The notes below the pieces were generated by a model. That model was not told the DNA's origin and ran no database searches. It was given only the letters and a program-made list of their open reading frames with translations. DNA of 64,000 bases. It comes from Marsupella aquatica. Taxonomy: Eukaryota > Plantae > Marchantiophyta. The first letter of the stretch is position 1. Each line of letters opens with the position of its first letter. A program made the position numbers and the translations under genes. Positions 38,911 through 53,436 of the stretch are shown here, piece after piece. The DNA lies in NCBI GenBank assembly GCA_973895155.1, contig OZ316896.1, positions 12,132,549-12,196,548 on the forward strand. Reading direction: 5' to 3'.

Positions 38911-41058
38911 CACCCTTTCTGATTATTTAATTCGCTAGGGAAAAACGGTGAGCCTCGTCCGTCGATCTCTGCACCATCCACGATTCGGAGAGGGTTATTG
39001 GACCAATCTATTCTCACCGGCCCAAATATTCGGTACTTATTTTGCGAAAATGAATACTATGGTGGTATTTGGGGGCGCTATTTCGATGACCGTAGAGGTC
39101 AGCACTCTGCACAGTCGGATCCCACATTTTCTTGTTGCGGTCCATTTTAGAAGGCATCGATGGTTCCAGGCTCGTCGAGCAGGTTCGAGATCTGTGGTCC
39201 AAGGCGAAGCTCTCCGGTACGGTGGGTCGGCTGACACCCGAGGCTAACCCAAACCAAAGGACTTTTTGGTCCGTCGTCAGAATGACGGTGTGCCTTTACC
39301 GGCCTGGATCACTCAATTGACGGGGCGTTTGCAGGCGACAAATGCCGGTACCGGTAAATCAGTTACCAACTCGATCCCCATTTTCTTTTCCAAACCTGGT
39401 AAAATTATATTTGTTTGTGTTTAAACTCTCACTGTCCGATTAGTTGTTGGAAGACATACTAGTCACTTTTGGCCATTCCTAAAAACATTTATGAATAGTA
39501 TTGACTACCCATGCCCCTGCCCAAAGGTTTCTGGTCACAATAATAGGCTGAATATTACTGGTTATGACATTCTTATTTTGACAATACTAAGTAAAATATT
39601 CCCAGGAATATATTCTTGATCATTTTGGGCTCAACTTTGTTCAGCCAGTTATGGTAATCTGGATCCACCAGGTTTTGAAAATGAACAATTATGGTTTAAC
39701 TATTGTACTTTCGCAAGCCAAGGTACCAAGGGCACAAGAGGCGAGAGGGATGGGCGGAGAGAGTTGGGCAGGCCTACTGTTCACCCCAGCAGATCATGAA
39801 CGGCCAGTGAGGGGAGGGGCCCTTTTATTGGGGCAGTTGTGTTTAGTGAAAATCACCTTTGAGCCACCTGAGTTTAGTGAAAATCACCTTTGAGCTTGGA
39901 GGTTGGGGAAGGGCACAATTTAATTATAAAGTTTGTCTTTTCTGCTACTTGCCCCAGACAATTTGGAGGAGAACCCATGTTTACAAGCAAGACCAAGGCA
40001 AAACTGAAAGTGAAGCATAACTTCTTGGTTGGGAATTGGACCTGATACCTGCTGGGCCCAAGTCCCTATTTGTAGCTACCTAAGGTAGACCACTAGGCTC
40101 CAGTCAGGCGCCTTATTTTTTTTGTGTTGAATAGCAGGAGCCGCTGCCTTTGGCATCTGTTGTTCAAAATAATTGATCGTCAAAAATCACACTCAAATGG
40201 CCCTAACAAATCAATCAACAGAAAGAAAAATGCACATGAAAATTTAGGACAGGATAGGATAGGCCTTTTGGTGTCCATAGCCAAAATCTGCACCTTTCCT
40301 ATGTTCGTGCTGGCAAGACATTGACTTTTCAAGAGACAAAGTTGCCTGGTCTTTTCTCCCTCACTTTTGTTTGGGTCACCAGGGCCCTTGGGGGGTTAAC
40401 TTAGTGTATAATTGTTTGGGATAGCAGGTCAGATACTGACCCAATTTAAATACCCCTATTTTAAATTTTAAAAAGTGAAAAGTCACCAAAAGAAGTCCCT
40501 ACAAAAATTGCACCTTTTCTATGTTAGGCTTTGTAAGACGAAGGTCACTTGTGAAGGTACAAAGTTACCAAATAGTTGTCTGCTGCGTGGCTCAATTGGT
40601 CAATTCCTCCCTCAACTTTGTTTGGGTCACCATTAGAGTGCTCTGAACTTGCAACTTGGAGGCAATTCAAGTACGTTATGCAATTTTTGGGGGATAGTTT
40701 GCTGATGAAAGAAATTTTTTTGGTCACCAGGCAGTGTTTTTCTTATTGGCAGCTTATTGCCAAAATGGGCCTAGCAAATCAATAAGAAGAAAGTGCAGAA
40801 ACACAAAACCTTCACCAAAAGAGAATGGGCAGTTGGATGTCCATGGTCAAATTTGCACCTTGTGTATCTTAGGCGGGATCTTAGGCCACTGGATGTCCTT
40901 TGTATGTTAGTGCTTGCCCAACGATGGTGATATGGCAAGGCTTCTACCACAAGTTGCAAAGGGAAGCTTGAGATTCTTTCTCAGTTTTGTTTCAGTCACC
41001 ATGACAGCGCTCTTGACTAACAATTTGTGTAGCCTTGCCAACTTTGATCTCAAGCACT

Positions 41059-41546
41059 GTGGAGTATATGTGTGTGAGTGGGTGGGGTGTGATGGTGGGA
41101 GTACTACTGATTTCTCTTCAGCTCCTGGCTTTCTCACTTGGGGGCTCTTGTTTAACCTGCTCTCCCTCCTGGTCTGGGTCTCTCTCCGATGCCCATGGTA
41201 TCCTCCCTTTGTGGCTACCGTACAGAATTGCACTCTGGAGTGAAACGTCTATCCAGAGTTTTTTCTAGTGGCAAAAAGTCACTAGATTCCACCTCTCCAA
41301 AAGTTTTTGCCATTTTGCCATTTTGCCTTGAAAACCAAAAACAGACCTATCAACAGAGGATAGAAGTCCTACTCTAGAGCATGTGATTCTATAGCCACAA
41401 GGGGACAATATCCATGGATCCTACAGGGACCCAGACCGGGATGGACAGAGAGTTAAACCAGGGCCCCAAAGCGGGCAACTATGGCTGAGGAGATAATCAA
41501 TACTCCACCACTACACCCCACCCACACACACACATATACACTCCAC
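41059..41546. mobile_element. Fold-back / MITE-like element with ~195-bp inverted arms
   Basis: 41059-41255 (GTGGAGTATATGTGTGTG.GTGGGTGGGGTGT...GGTCTGGGTC...TTGTGGCTA...CTCT.GAGT...TCTATCC) is the degenerate reverse complement of 41352-41546. A related copy lies at 3840-4030. Confidence 0.7.
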
Positions 41547-42565
41547 ACCAAAAGGAAGAAGATTGGACACTTCTCCTTTTTATATTGCTAGTGGTGGTTT
41601 AATTAAAGATAAAGAATACACTCTTCTATCATCTCTTGGATGGGTCTCCTCTCTACTTTCAATGCACCAAAAGAGAAAGAAAAAAGGGAAACCCCACCCA
41701 CACACACATATACCCTCCACACTAAAAAGGAAGAATATTGGACACTTCTCCTTTTATATTGCTAGTGGTTTAATTAAAGATTACACTGGTCTATCATCTC
41801 TTGGATGGGTCTCCTCTCTACTTTCAATGCACCAAAAGAGGAAAAAAAGGGAAACCCCACCCACACACATATACCCTCCACACTAAGAAGTACTGGACAC
41901 TTCTCCTTTTTGGCTGAACTTTAGTTTAGTAGATGTGATGGAGGCCCAAAAATGGCCCCAAAATCCTTTGGTTTGGTTCCAATACTTTCGTTCCAATATA
42001 TTAGTCTGTTATACTTTGTCTTTTGTAACTAGGCCTCATTTCTTGGCATGATGACTTTATCATTGAGGAAAATAAAATATTTTCCCCATAATATTGTACA
42101 TGTGTAGCATATACTACAACATGAGACAAAAGGAGATGAGAGAGAGCATTTAATGTTTTGTTTCTTTCTAGAGAATGTTTATTGATATTGAATCCTTTTT
42201 GTTTCTTCATTGGGAAGAGGGTTACCTACTTATGTACAGCATCTTTGAACAAGGGTGAGTTTTTCTTTCGAAAGAATCATACTGAGAATTTATATTTTCT
42301 TTTAATCTTTGGAAACACTTAAGGTAAATGAAGGGGATGATATAAAAGGGAAGTGTATAATACTCAGTAGTTGGTGACTATGAACATGTGATCATAACAT
42401 ATATATAGAAAGTTCAGCTTTTGTGACCAAACCCCCTTTGGTCACTGGCCTGGTGTATTACTAGTGGTGGTTTAATTAAAGATAAAGATTACACCGGTCT
42501 ATCATCTCTTGGATAGTTGGATGGGTCTCCTCTCGACTTTCAATGCACCAAACGAGAAAAAAGGG
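41510..42565 (+). repeat. ~175-bp tandem duplication plus a displaced partial copy
   Basis: GTGGTTTAATTAAAGAT...TCTATCATCTCTTGGATGGGTCTCCTCTC.ACTTTCAATGCACCAAA at about 41595, 41765 and 42468. Confidence 0.8.
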
Positions 42566-43014
42566 CACACTGTATACTCTGATCACGTCGGTGACATCAC
42601 GCCATGAACCAGAGTAGTAAATAGTAGTCCTCCCGGCCGATTTCCCGGCCGGCCGGAGGCACGGCACTCAAATGGTCGTGAAATGCAGATTTAGCAGTCT
42701 AGCTGCTGCATTTTGTGTGTGTGTGTGTGATTCGTATCGGCAGCGAAGCAGAGGACGCGCTCTTTTGCTCGCGATTCGGAACTCACTCGGATACATTCTG
42801 CAGCAGCATCAGATCTGATGATGAAACTGCTCCCATCGCTGCCGAAGTGAACGGAAGGAGAAGGTTCTCGATGGCTGGGTGGTGGTAAAGCGGTGCGAGG
42901 CGTAAGACGAGGAGCAGCAGTGAAGGAAAGGAGGAAGCTCTATTTTTGCTTCTGCCGTGGTCACGATTAGCGGCTCTGGATATCTTCGAAGAGTGAGTCG
43001 GATTTGGTGGAACC

Positions 43015-46000
43015 ATGGCACGGGTCTCGCTTGCGGCAGGGTCGCTGCTGCTCCTGCTCACATTGGCATCCCTACACGTGCAGAGTATGTCTCATGAACG
43101 CTCTTCGATGAGATTTTATTTGCTTCTTGGTGTGTTCGTTTCTTCCTGCTCTTGGCTGAAGTGTGTTGCTCTTACTATCGGACGTGTTTTTGAAGAGATT
43201 TGGAAGTGGTCAATTGTGCACTTCTTTCAGATCACGAGCCGGACTCGCTTTTTCCACGCTTGAACAATGAAGTATTGGCACTGCGACGCCGTCTTGTCGC
43301 TTGCTGTTCCGAGTCTTTCTTGCAGTGCCTAAATTCTGCTTGCTCTGTTGCGGGAAATGGATAGTTTGTCGATCGCGACTGTCCGTCACGAGGGCAATGT
43401 ACAGTAGAAGTTCACAAGCAGACTCTGTATCATGTGGGCTTAGGGACGGTGACCTGCCCTAGAAATGCGCTCTCCGATCGGAGAATAAAACTTGCCTTGT
43501 CAAAGTGATCTATTGATCTGTCATCTTTATGCCTCAATCGAAGATCTGTGCTTCTCCCTCGGGCTTACTAATGGTTTGTTGAAGGGTGTACGGCTCGCTA
43601 TCTTACTCGACGTATTTGTAGTAGCAAAATGACTGACTTTCGGATCGTGCATCAGATCCTACAGCACGAGTCAATGCCGAGGAAAGTGGAGTTCTGGAGG
43701 GTTCGGACTTCGCGAGGGTGGAAGAAACTGTCGGGGGAGCCATTCCAGTCGGACGGTCCACCGATGCCGAAGTAGTCCAAAGGTATGAGCAAAGGGAGCC
43801 AACTATGTTAGATGTTCGTGCTTGAACCAGGTCTTTGGATGTAGCTGTTTTTCTCTCTTACTCCTTATTAGTTCTGAACAGTATTCGGGTTGAAAGAGCA
43901 ATGGTATACAGTGAACTTGACTGGTTTAACACGTTATTGAAATGCAGGGAGTCGGAGTCGATCTCTCCGAAAAATCTGAGGAAAAATTCTGAGAAGTTCG
44001 AGTTTCAAGCAGAGGTTTCCCGGTTGATGGACATCCTCATCAACTCACTTTACAGTAACAAAGACATCTTTTTGCGGGAACTTATTTCTAATGCCTCTGA
44101 TGTAAGTCTACTGTAGGTTTCTCTATCTTACGTCCTGATAAATTCTCACATTTTAACTTTTTCGTCTGTTCCTTGAAGAAAGGGCAGTGGTGTCCCGCGT
44201 AGTCTCGCTCGCAGACGCTGCTCTCCTCCGTGCTTTCCGCATTAGTGACATGTTACTATCTGTTGCTCCCACCCGGTGCATCAGCACAGTTGGGGTAGTT
44301 CGTTTTGCTACAATGCAGACGCAGCCTTCTCGTTGAGGTTGCCTACACTGTTCTTTTGTTACTTCATGGAATTCTAATGTGCATCTCTCGACCTTGCAGG
44401 CTCTCGACAAAATCAGGTTTCTGTCGCTTACTGATCAGGCAGTCCTTGGAGAAGGAGAGGAGGCGCAGCTGGATATCAGGGTATCTTGAACTACTTTGCT
44501 TACTTGCATTTGTTCAAGATTAGGTCATATATGAAAATGTTCAAGACGTTCCACTATGATATCATTTCTTGGCATGTCTAACAGCAATAACTTGGTTCTG
44601 CAACGGTTTACAGCGGTTTTAGACATCTCTGTCACGTCTTAAAGGTATGGCCCGGGTAAGTTTGCGATCTTCTGATTTTTGTTGTGATTCCATCTTGCAG
44701 ATTAAGCTCGACAAAGCTAATAGAATCTTGACGATCAGGGACAGAGGTATTGGTATGAGCAAAGAGGATCTGATCAAAAACCTCGGGACTATTGCAAAGT
44801 CGGGAACCTCATGTAAGCACCCTGGGTATCTTTAGAGGATTTTTGCAGCACAGGGTACTGGATCGCTTTCGATGCTTGTAACTGACGATGTAAACTTTCT
44901 GATAAGCATGCGATCGTGGATATCATGCAGCGTTTGTGGAGAATTTGCAGAAAGGGGGCGATTTGAACTTGATCGGCCAGTTTGGAGTTGGTTTCTATTC
45001 CGTGTATTTGGTTGCTGATTACGTTGAGGTCATCAGCAAGCACAATGACGACAAACAGTACGTACTAATGCCTTTGTCCATTTCGAGGTTCTCTCAAATG
45101 TACCGCGTTTAATTAGCTCGGGTGTTGATCATGAACGCAATTTTCCGTAAATTTAATAACCTGAAGCAGAAATATGTTAGGTGACCATGTGACAAAGTCT
45201 CTCTCTCTGGGAATTTGATTCAGTGCCTAGTCTGTCACTCTGGTGGCCCATACGTTGCGCTTAAATTCTGTAGCGGATACAAAGGCGCCTAACTTCCCTT
45301 AACTCCCATTTACGGTCATGTGCAGATACATTTGGGAATCGAAAGCCGACGGAAACTTTGCTGTTACAGAGGACACAGAGAACGAACCTTTGGGTCGTGG
45401 AACTGAAATTAGATTACACTTAAAAGAGGAAGCCGTCGAATACTTGGAAGAAAGCAAGCTGAAGGTCAGTATTTCAAGGCACTCCCAAACTAGACTGATG
45501 TTAGACTCGCAGCTTTTGCCGCCTCAGAGACCCTGAATTCTATTTTGGTCGCAGATAAGGTCCAGTTCATTTCATTACTGGCCTTTTTTTTATGTTGTCA
45601 AAATTTGAGTATTGAGTTGATGAATTTTCTTACATTTGCCTACAGGAATTAGTGAAGAGGTACTCTGAGTTCATCAACTTCCCAATATACCTGTTGGCCA
45701 CAAAGGAAATCGAGACGGAGGTACCGGTTGATGAAGAATCTGAAGTTGAAGCCGACGAAGACAAAGAAGAAAGTATGTTCGAACTCATCTTTGCAAGCTT
45801 CTGTTTGCGCCAGGTTGTACTATCTTAGCGCTTTCGTTCTGGTTGAGGTATGGCAGTGTCTGATCATGATTCCTGTGCGTACTGTAAAACAGGTGATGAG
45901 GAGACAGAAGAAGTCGAAGATATTGACGAAAGTGGCGAGACAAGTAAGTATGCAGGACCAGACCGGAAGGCGGATTTGCTAGGATCGCCTGGTACAACGA

Positions 46001-49000
46001 TGAAGATGCTCCCTTATCATCATGTGGTCTCCTGTTTATGTTGATTTCTCAGTCAGGAGTAATGGTTGTGTTACGAGCAATCTGATACTGAACGTTACGT
46101 GCCCACTCACTGTCATGGTGTATTGACCAGAACCCAAGACAACGAAAGTGAAAGAGTCAATTCAGGAGTGGGAAGTTTTGAACTCTGTGAAAGCTATTTG
46201 GCTTCGTGATGCCAAAGACGTTTCTGTAGAGGACTATATCAAATTCTATGCGGCGTTGGCTAAGGTAAGGGGCTGGCAATCTGCCAAGAGCTGTATTTCC
46301 TGTATACAGAGCAATCCACGTCTCAACTTTTGCAATGGGATGCCCATTCTCTTGAGGTTGCCGGTCGTTACGTTGAGTTGTTATAGTCACTCTGTCTATA
46401 CTTGCTTGTGATGATCGTCCTTCTCTTGGCAGGATTTTAGCGGCGACAAGCCGATTTCTTACACGCATTTCAGTGCCGAGGGTGATGTTGAGTTCAAAGC
46501 TGTTCTCTTTATTCCACCTAAGGCTCCTCATGATCTCTTTGAGAACTATTACAACAACAAAGCTACTTTGAAACTCTTTGTTCGTCGCGTCTTCATTTCA
46601 GACGAATTTGACGAACTGTTGCCAAAGTACTTGAGCTTCCTAAAGGTTCGTATGATGTATCTTGATAGTCAAGTTGGTTGTTGGCTTCCCGCGTGCATTT
46701 TGTCAGCAATTTTAACGAGTAACTCCTTGGTATCAGGTTGGTCTGTTTGGAACGTAACGGAGTTTATGAATTGAACTTGGTCGTTGTGTTTGGTAATGTG
46801 CAGGGTATTGTTGATTCAGACACCTTACCTCTGAATGTATCCAGAGAGATGCTACAGGCACACAACAGCTTGAAAACTATCAAGAAGAAATTAGTCCGGA
46901 AGGCACTGGATATGATTCGCCGTCTCTGTGATGAGGATCCTGATGAGCTTGCGGATGATAACCAGGACTTGCAGGGTATATTCTTCGTTTGTATTACGCC
47001 TCGAAACCTTCTGTTTTAAAGATAGAAATCAAATGATAGACAGGCTTTCTCAAGCCAAAGGCCATTCTACGTAGTCTTTCTAATCTATTCTGCTGAACAA
47101 ATATTTGAGAACGAATGGATGTCTCAACCGTGTCTTTCCTGTTTTTAGACTCGGAGGATGAAGATACCAACGAGAAGAAGGGACAATACTTGAGATTCTG
47201 GAATGAGTTCGGGAAGGCAATCAAGTTGGGAGCCATAGAAGATGCTACGAACAGGGTTCGGTTAGCAAAACTTCTCCGCTTCCAGAGGTATATTTTGTTT
47301 TTTCTAGGTTTTTCATCTAGTCTTGTGCTGTCGGCTAGGCGAATCACACTGAAATAGTATGTTGGCCCTGTCCCCACTTAGATATGTCATATGATCCTCT
47401 GTCATTGTATGAGATTATCTGTTCCCGTAGCTCGAGTAATCTAACACGTGCATCTGGGTGATGACAGCTCCAAATCTGGTGATAACTTAACATCTCTGGA
47501 AAAGTATGTCTCGCGCATGAAAGATGGTCAGAAGCAGATTTATTATATCACAGGGCAAAGCAAGGAGCAATTAGAGAAGTCCCCATTCTTAGAAAAACTC
47601 CTCAAGAAGGGATACGAGGTACTTGAAAAGTTATCTGGTTTTCTTTATTTCCGTTTTAGACTCATTTGATACTGTGATCCTTGCTGCTCGTTTTCTCTTT
47701 ACCTTTTCTGAGTTTGGGCAGTGTAACTTTGGTTCTTGAGTGAGGGCTTTCTTCTCAGTGGACTGCGTGATTTGACGGTCACATGCAGGTCTTAAGTCTC
47801 ACAGGTAACAGACTTACCCATGTATGGTTGCACACATGATCTTTACCAAGTTTTGACATCATTTTATCTTCATGAATGCAGGTCATCTACTTCACGGACC
47901 CTATTGACGAGTATTTGATGCAAAATTTGACTGAATTTGAGGACAAGAAGTTCCAGAATGCTTCCAAGGATGATTTGAAGATTGGAAGTAAGGATGAGAA
48001 AGCAAAGTTCAAGGAGATGAAGGAGTCCTTCAAGGATTTGACTAAATGGTGGAAGAATGTTCTGGGTTCTGACAGTATTGAAGCAGTGAAGGTCAGTAAT
48101 CGATTGGCTGGCACTCCTGGAGTTGTCGTGAGTTCGAAGTTTGGATGGAGTGCAAACATGGAGCGTATCATGCAAGCCCAAACTCTGACTGATGTAAGCA
48201 AGCAAGCTTACATGAGGGGTAAACGGACATTGGAAATCAACCCCCGACATCCCATCATCAAGGACTTGAAGGACAAAGTTGCTGAAAATCCAGAGGTTAG
48301 TAAAAATCCATCCCATTCATCCGTGCTAGAGGTCGCTTTGTGTTGCATCCTGTAGTCAAGACAATTGCTCTTTCATGATTTGCCGGTTTGACAGTCAGTG
48401 ATGTTTTTATGTAGGATGAGACTACCCGAGAATCTGCTCATCTCATATATGAGACTGCTCTTCTGGAGAGCGGTTTCCTGCTTGACGACCCCAAGGTATT
48501 TGCCACACGCATATACAAGGTCCTCAAAGACAATCTGGACATCAGCTCAGATGTCGAAATTGAGGAAGAACCTGAGACAGCAGAGGTGGAAGAGCTGGAA
48601 AGTGCAGAGGAGGTGAGATCCTCAAACCAACTTCGGCCGTGTCTTGTATTGTCGACACTCCTAAACTAACCATATCTGAATACTTGAATAGAAACTTCAA
48701 ATGACGAAGCCAAAAGTTACTAGTGTTGGGGTAATCAACCCAGATTTAGGACCGTAAATATTATTCTGTATAAGCTGTACACAAGTGGTCTCGTAATCTG
48801 CAAAATCATTGAGAGCACTATCAGCTATCATAAATAATGGTAGTCCATATTTTCAAAAAATTTACTCCATATTTTCAATCATGAGACAATGTATGCTATG
48901 CAACAAGGAGACATGGTTTTTGAAAAGTACAAATTCAGTTTAGCATTGGAAAGAGATATTCAGATCTGGCCTTAATAATTGAGGAAACGTAATGTAGACC

Positions 49001-49280
49001 CTCAATCCTCCCTTGAACTTTTGCTATTCGGGTTTTCAGGTAGAATTGGAGATGCTTTGACAATTTTGTAGCAAATGCTGCTTCATTTGCGCACCAGTCT
49101 ATGAGTTTTGGAATTATCCGTTTGAAAGGAATACTCACTTGAATCCTTGCAATGTAGGTGAAGGAGAATGAATTTGAAGATGATTTCGCGGTGGATCCCG
49201 AAGGCTTCGCAGATATGGATTTCTCCAAGTTCTCAGGGGAGGATCAGGAGTTCGATGAGTCGGAACATGACGAGTTGTAG
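43015..49280 (+). CDS. GRP94: ER HSP90 (endoplasmin/GRP94, SHEPHERD-type), multi-exon
   Basis: Signal peptide [23 protein letters not shown]. Motifs [43 protein letters not shown]...[61 protein letters not shown] and [10 protein letters not shown]. The last exon, 49158-49280, ends SEHDEL-stop. Confidence 0.97.
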
Positions 49281-51922
49281 ATGTAGCGGCCCCCAAGGGG
49301 CTTCTTACAGTAGTGTGACAGTCTTCGGTGGTGTTCGTCAACTAATTTTGAAACGGGATCGAGGCATTAGAAGTGGTAGATGGAAGAAGAGATTGGACGT
49401 TCACAGCAACACTGGTTTTGGAAATGAAGGTGGATTGGACAGGAGTTGATAATGATTTCGCAAATGGATTGTGGGCAAGAAGATCATTTTGACTTGGGAT
49501 TAGAATATTGGCGTGATTTGATCACGTACTTGATATCGACTCTATTGAGAAGTGGAGACGCCCAGGATCAAAGTGCCTCGGGCTCCTCTGTAGTGCACTC
49601 GTGCCTCCATATTGGAGATTTAAAGGTTCGTGAAAGGTGACTTTAAAATACCAACCACTATAAATGTCCTGACTTCATATAATTGGTCAAAGTTAATGCA
49701 CTCTTCTTTACGGCTCGACTGATCCCTCCACTGTGGACATCTTAAGCTAGATGGAAACGGCGTGATGCTCCTTCTCTCTGTGGCTAGACTACTGGCATTT
49801 ATTCTTGTCAGCCCACCGAACGGCACCTGTCATAGATGTGTAATTGAGAATGCATTTTCTGGGATGATGTTCTCAGTTATCTGGCCTCTACTAAAATCCC
49901 AGAATGCACGAGCCAATCAGTTAAATGCCAGCGGGGAGCTTGGTACATAGGGTGTAGTCAAAGATATTTCTGGTTGTTGGTGACATACCGTTTGGTTGAA
50001 CGATTGCTCACCATTTGAAGCAATGCTTTAGGGATACAATTTACTGGGCAGCATACAAAAAGGCGACGGAAGGAATTGGGGAATGAGTTGCATTGAACAG
50101 TCTGGATGCAACTGTGATAATAGAGAGAAGGCCCGCTCTTATAGATTTATTGCCCATTCGCTCAGTTTTTCATTGTCTTCCAGATCTCGAAAGTAGTGGC
50201 TTGATTTTCTTCACTATGAAGGGCTGAGGTCAGGACAAATTCAGCTCGTGACGCATTTCGAGGGGTGCCTCCGCCTTTAGATCCCAGCTATGCTCGCATT
50301 CACCTTCAGCCTATTCCAGCAGTCTTGGGTTATCGCTTTTTCAATGGTGAAGAAACGCCTTAGACTGATCCTCCACCAAAATACCAATGTACAGGATCAT
50401 GTAACAGTAATGTAACACAGTGACAAAGTACAAAAGCTCTGAAAAGGAAACAGGACCATTACACCCCATCCACACTTTCGTACTTCTTAAGGATTTTACT
50501 TTTTCGCCAGTGGCAAATGTACAATGTTTGAAGAGAAGATGCTCAATAGATTTGTACTTTTTTGCCAGTGGCGAATGTACAGTGTGTGAAGAGAAGATGC
50601 TCAATAGATTTGTGTGAAGAGAAGATGCTCAATAGATTTGTCGTCAGATCTCCCTAGATTTAAGGCTGACTGGCTAATGGGGCCTGTGATTAGATGGAAC
50701 ATTGGCTAATGAAAGAGAAAATTAATAGCAAATTTTTGCCAAAAGTGGCAAAAGATTTTTGGGAAGGTGGAATTTGGTTAGTTTTTTGCCTCTGAAAAAA
50801 GAGTTGATCCACACCCCTTGTGGGTGTAGGGTGATCGAATCTGGGACCTCCATGTTCTAGGCTAAATCCCCCTGCCCACCTAAGCCAGTTGCCTTAGGGC
50901 TGTCAACTGAACGGGTGACATTTGAGCGTTGATTGCTGAACCTCCTCCTTGGGCAGGCCTGAGGGTGGATAACCAAGGCCAGTGGTGGGGAACCAAGGGG
51001 AAGGGCCGGAAATATTCCAGCCCTTCAGGTCCCAAACCTCTAAAATTGAATAAAGCAAAGAAGGGTTCACAGGTAGAAAAGTTCACACCCAACAAAATGG
51101 CAGATTCTGTGTAGATCCAAATCCACTTTTTCCGAGGACAGTAAGAGAAAGGGCTCTAAACGAAAGGGCTCTTGGCGTGCAAGATGGTCCTGAGAGCCAT
51201 CTCACATGTGAGCAGCCCTATGTTTTTCAGCCTTCAAATTGACTCATGGCATAATATGAGTGAGCCGAGTAAACAAAGTCTAAACCCCCTCTAGTACCAG
51301 GCATGTCGGCAAAAAATAAGGAGTTACAAGGGCAAGAGGCAGAAACTTTCTGGCCCTTTGAGGTCCCAACTTTCAACCAGCATAAAACAAAATGGGTCAC
51401 ATGCTGTGGAACTTTGCCAATGCAAGCTTTATGGTGCACATGGCAGCAGATACTATTGTCAAGCCATATCCACTTTTGCCCCAAGGTTTTGCAAATGTTT
51501 GACCTTGTTGTTGAGGACCTTCACATGCTATTTGGCTCTAAGGGCTGTTTCACACGTGTGATCTCATCAGAAAAATGTCCCTTGCACATCATAAATTGCA
51601 GAAATCTAGATTCTCTTGTCCTGCTACCTGTGAGAAGCACAAGTACTTTCATCTCTCTATTTTTAATTTTCTTTATTTTCCCTGTTGTCTATTTAATTAT
51701 GATTTCCAAGGAGAAGACCCTAAAGTTTCGAGCTTGAACTACACTCCTGTAGGGTAGTGATTATTACACTTGTGGATAATCTACCCTAGATCGAGCGTCT
51801 CAAACCTGCCTCACCAGTGTTTCCTTTCTGGGCAAACTTTTGCACATTTAGAGCGGTCTTGCATGTGTGAGGTCAGGGCTATATATTACACTGCCAAAAA
51901 CTTGCTTGTGTGAGGTGGGGAC

Positions 51923-52173
51923 TATATATCACACTGCCAAAAAACAAAGTTGCCCAACCAGGAGACATACTAAAGGCAAAAGACCCAATCCAGGGGACAA
52001 CAAAAAAAGCCAAAATAAGGCCAAGGGGACAGAAGAAAGGCCCACCACAAAAGCTGCAAATCCCCACTTTCTTGGCCCTTGGTGGTCCCCCCCTTGATTG
52101 GGTCTTTTGCCTGAGGGATCTTGTCTCTTTGGGCGGGTTGGGCGCCCTCTGTTTTTTGGCAGTTTGATATATA
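51923..52173. mobile_element. MITE-like element, ~250 bp, with ~80-90-bp terminal inverted repeats in a TA context
   Basis: The left arm TATATATCACACTGCCAAAAAACAAAGTTGCCCAACC...GGCAAAAGACCCAATCCAGGGGAC matches the reverse complement of the right arm (TATATATCAAACTGCCAAAAAACAGAGGGCGCCCAACC...GGCAAAAGACCCAATCAAGGGGGGAC). A partial extra end copy lies at about 51866-51900. Confidence 0.8.
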
Positions 52174-53436
52174 TAAAATCTAAGTAACAACAAACTGAAG
52201 AGCCTGGTAGAGCGCTAGGGTCATGGGACACATTGACATCTTCATGACATCTTTATGGTAACTTACTACTGATGCGGAAAGAACTAACAAAGCAAGCGAG
52301 AAAGGAAAATCAGGACACACAATCCGTCTCTCGGTTTCCCTCTCAACAAGGGAAACTTAGGTCCATTTGCGTTAGTTTAGTTTACTCTTCTAGGTTTTTA
52401 GGGGTTCCCTTTGCTCACTTCTTTTGAGTCTTGGTTTTTGTCCCTTTGGATCTCTTTTGACCTTGGTTTTTGGTCAGCTTTGGACCACTTTTGTTTGTTC
52501 TATTGTACTCTGTTTGGCCCTTTCTGTAAAAAGTTTGTCCTGTTTTTCTTGAGAGGGAAACCGAGACTCCAGACCCAGACCCATTACGTTTCTTGCGCGT
52601 CTCATTTTGATAAAGCAGTGGAGAGGGCAACCCAACAACAGATTGATGGTGTACAGTACATTCTGTACAGTAATTTGCTGCTTTTGCTTGCTTGTGTAAT
52701 CGAATAGGGGGAAGAGGGCAACGTGCCACAGCAGTAGCCTGAGAGATTGCTGCTTTGCTTGTCTAACAAGTAGCGGAGATGAGGAAGAGGTGAATACTGA
52801 ACGGATCGGATTTATGGATGTTGAGTGCGAGAGCACCGGACGGACAATCCTCTTGTTGTTGGTAGTCCGTTGGAGATGATCGGAAGGATTGATCGGAGAT
52901 TTTATTCTTGATGACAGATGAGATTTGAGAATGAGTATGCGCTTTCAGTGCAGTGGTATTGAAGAAGCTATGTTATTGCCTTGCGTGGCGGGGATATGGA
53001 TTCATTGAACATCACTATGGAGGAAATCACGTCTTCACAATGCCTTTCTAGGAAGTTGGTATTTCGTTGGCTTTTTTGAGTTAGGTCTAGTGATGGTTTT
53101 CCTTCAAACGATGGTTGGCAGGTGGCTCTTGTGATGAGAGTTCTCAGTATGCAGAACCAGAGGGATTGGATTGGATGGGATTGGGCATTTGCTGGATCAA
53201 CAGAGTATATGACTTTCTCGAGTGCTGGATGGGAGCAGAAATGAATTCGAGGGATCTGTGCATGAAAGAGATTTCAGGAGTTTGAACGCCGTGGCGGCCG
53301 CTCCTTCTGGACCTTGAAGCCTGGTTATGAATTTTGGCCTTAACTGGGTCAATTGCAGTAATTTGCTGCAATTATCTTTCTAATTACTGCACACTAAGTT
53401 TTCGGGATTGTCTAGTTTAGCAAAATTCTACTCGTG

